From IMG/VR virus record IMGVR_UViG_3300037116_000299, positions 1-64,000 of that record: DNA of 64,000 nucleotides; one strand, 5' to 3'. Within the stretch, counting starts at the first letter, position 1; every line of letters starts with the position of its first letter. Both the position numbers and the translations under genes were made by a program. The notes below the pieces were generated by a model. That model was given only the letters and a program-made list of their open reading frames with translations, was not told the DNA's origin and ran no database searches. Shown here one piece after another: positions 63,656 to 64,000 of the stretch.

Positions 63656-64000
63656 CTATGCTGCTTTAGTGGTAGCGATCACACGCCCATGGCGCCGGAT
63701 CGGCGTAACCACAGCGAACTCGAGATCGAGCTGGCCTTCAGAGAAACTCTTGATGGGCACGGCACTGATCAGGTTCGCTTCACAGATCTGTTCGAGATCG
63801 ATGATCAACTTACCGGACAGGCCCCAGTCCAACTCGACCGTGAACAGTTCCTCGGCATCGAATTGCTCCCGCAGCTGGGCTCTTCCCAGCCGGATCGCGT
63901 CGGTTACAAGATCCGCACCGACACTAAAGTGCAGTTCAAGACCGGTCTTAGTCCGGTCGCCCAGACGAAACGTATATCGGTTCATACTGTCCTTTCCCAA
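63656..64000 (-). CDS. hypothetical protein (start near the window edge)
   Basis: Reading frame reaches the window end; QLDLEF; ends KAA. Confidence 0.6.
   Translation of the reverse strand: MGKDSMNRYTFRLGDRTKTGLELHFSVGADLVTDAIRLGRAQLREQFDAEELFTVELDWGLSGKLIIDLEQICEANLISAVPIKSFSEGQLDLEFAVVTPIRRHGRVIATTKAA

Larger units (their letters stand above)
15784..64000 (-). mobile_element. replication/early-middle gene arm of a large phage or phage-plasmid
   Basis: ~70 co-oriented, translationally coupled genes with a phage-type replisome, nucleotide metabolism, HNH and many small ORFs; no host housekeeping operons. Confidence 0.85.

Noticed and set aside
1-64000. tRNA/rRNA genes, integrase, att sites, IS elements, virion genes
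   Set aside because: None recognised by eye, so prophage versus free phage/plasmid and the element's left boundary cannot be determined.

Overview
The window has two parts. (1) Positions ~1-15.7 kb form a mosaic accessory/defence-type region. It holds a WD40 protein, a three-gene restriction-modification-like operon (SAM-binding half-MTase, Eco57I-type m6A MTase, GIY-YIG/T5orf172 + SF2 helicase), a membrane protein + ComEC-like MBL hydrolase pair, an NTF2-like secreted protein, an ATP-grasp cluster, XRE and HARE-HTH regulators, a degenerate SGNH lipoprotein, gene remnants, and 11-bp-periodic GCGAA direct repeats resembling acidobacterial LexA boxes. (2) Positions ~15.8-64 kb are about 70 tightly packed minus-strand genes forming the replication, recombination and nucleotide-metabolism arm of a large phage or phage-like element. 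They encode a sigma-70-like factor, HNH, RuvC, primase-helicase, RecA, Cas4-like nuclease, an AAA/DUF1257/DUF2997/radical-SAM module, SNF2, HU, a family A DNA polymerase split into two genes, Tmk, a dUTPase-like enzyme, NrdJ, two ATP-dependent ligases, DnaX, DnaN, a degenerate UDG, Sak/Rad52, a SpoVG-like protein and RecD2. The host is probably Acidobacteriota (inference). I see no virion genes, integrase, tRNA or CRISPR array. Most striking observations: an intein-free split PolA, with a PolA motif-C copy fused to a ligase and a catalytically degenerate UDG nearby; 14 of ~70 phage-arm proteins ending in Ala-Ala (ClpX-type degron); many clamp-binding-like motifs beside an element-encoded clamp; and an uncharacterised AAA+/DUF1257/DUF2997/radical SAM module. 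All family calls come from motif recognition by eye, without database searches.
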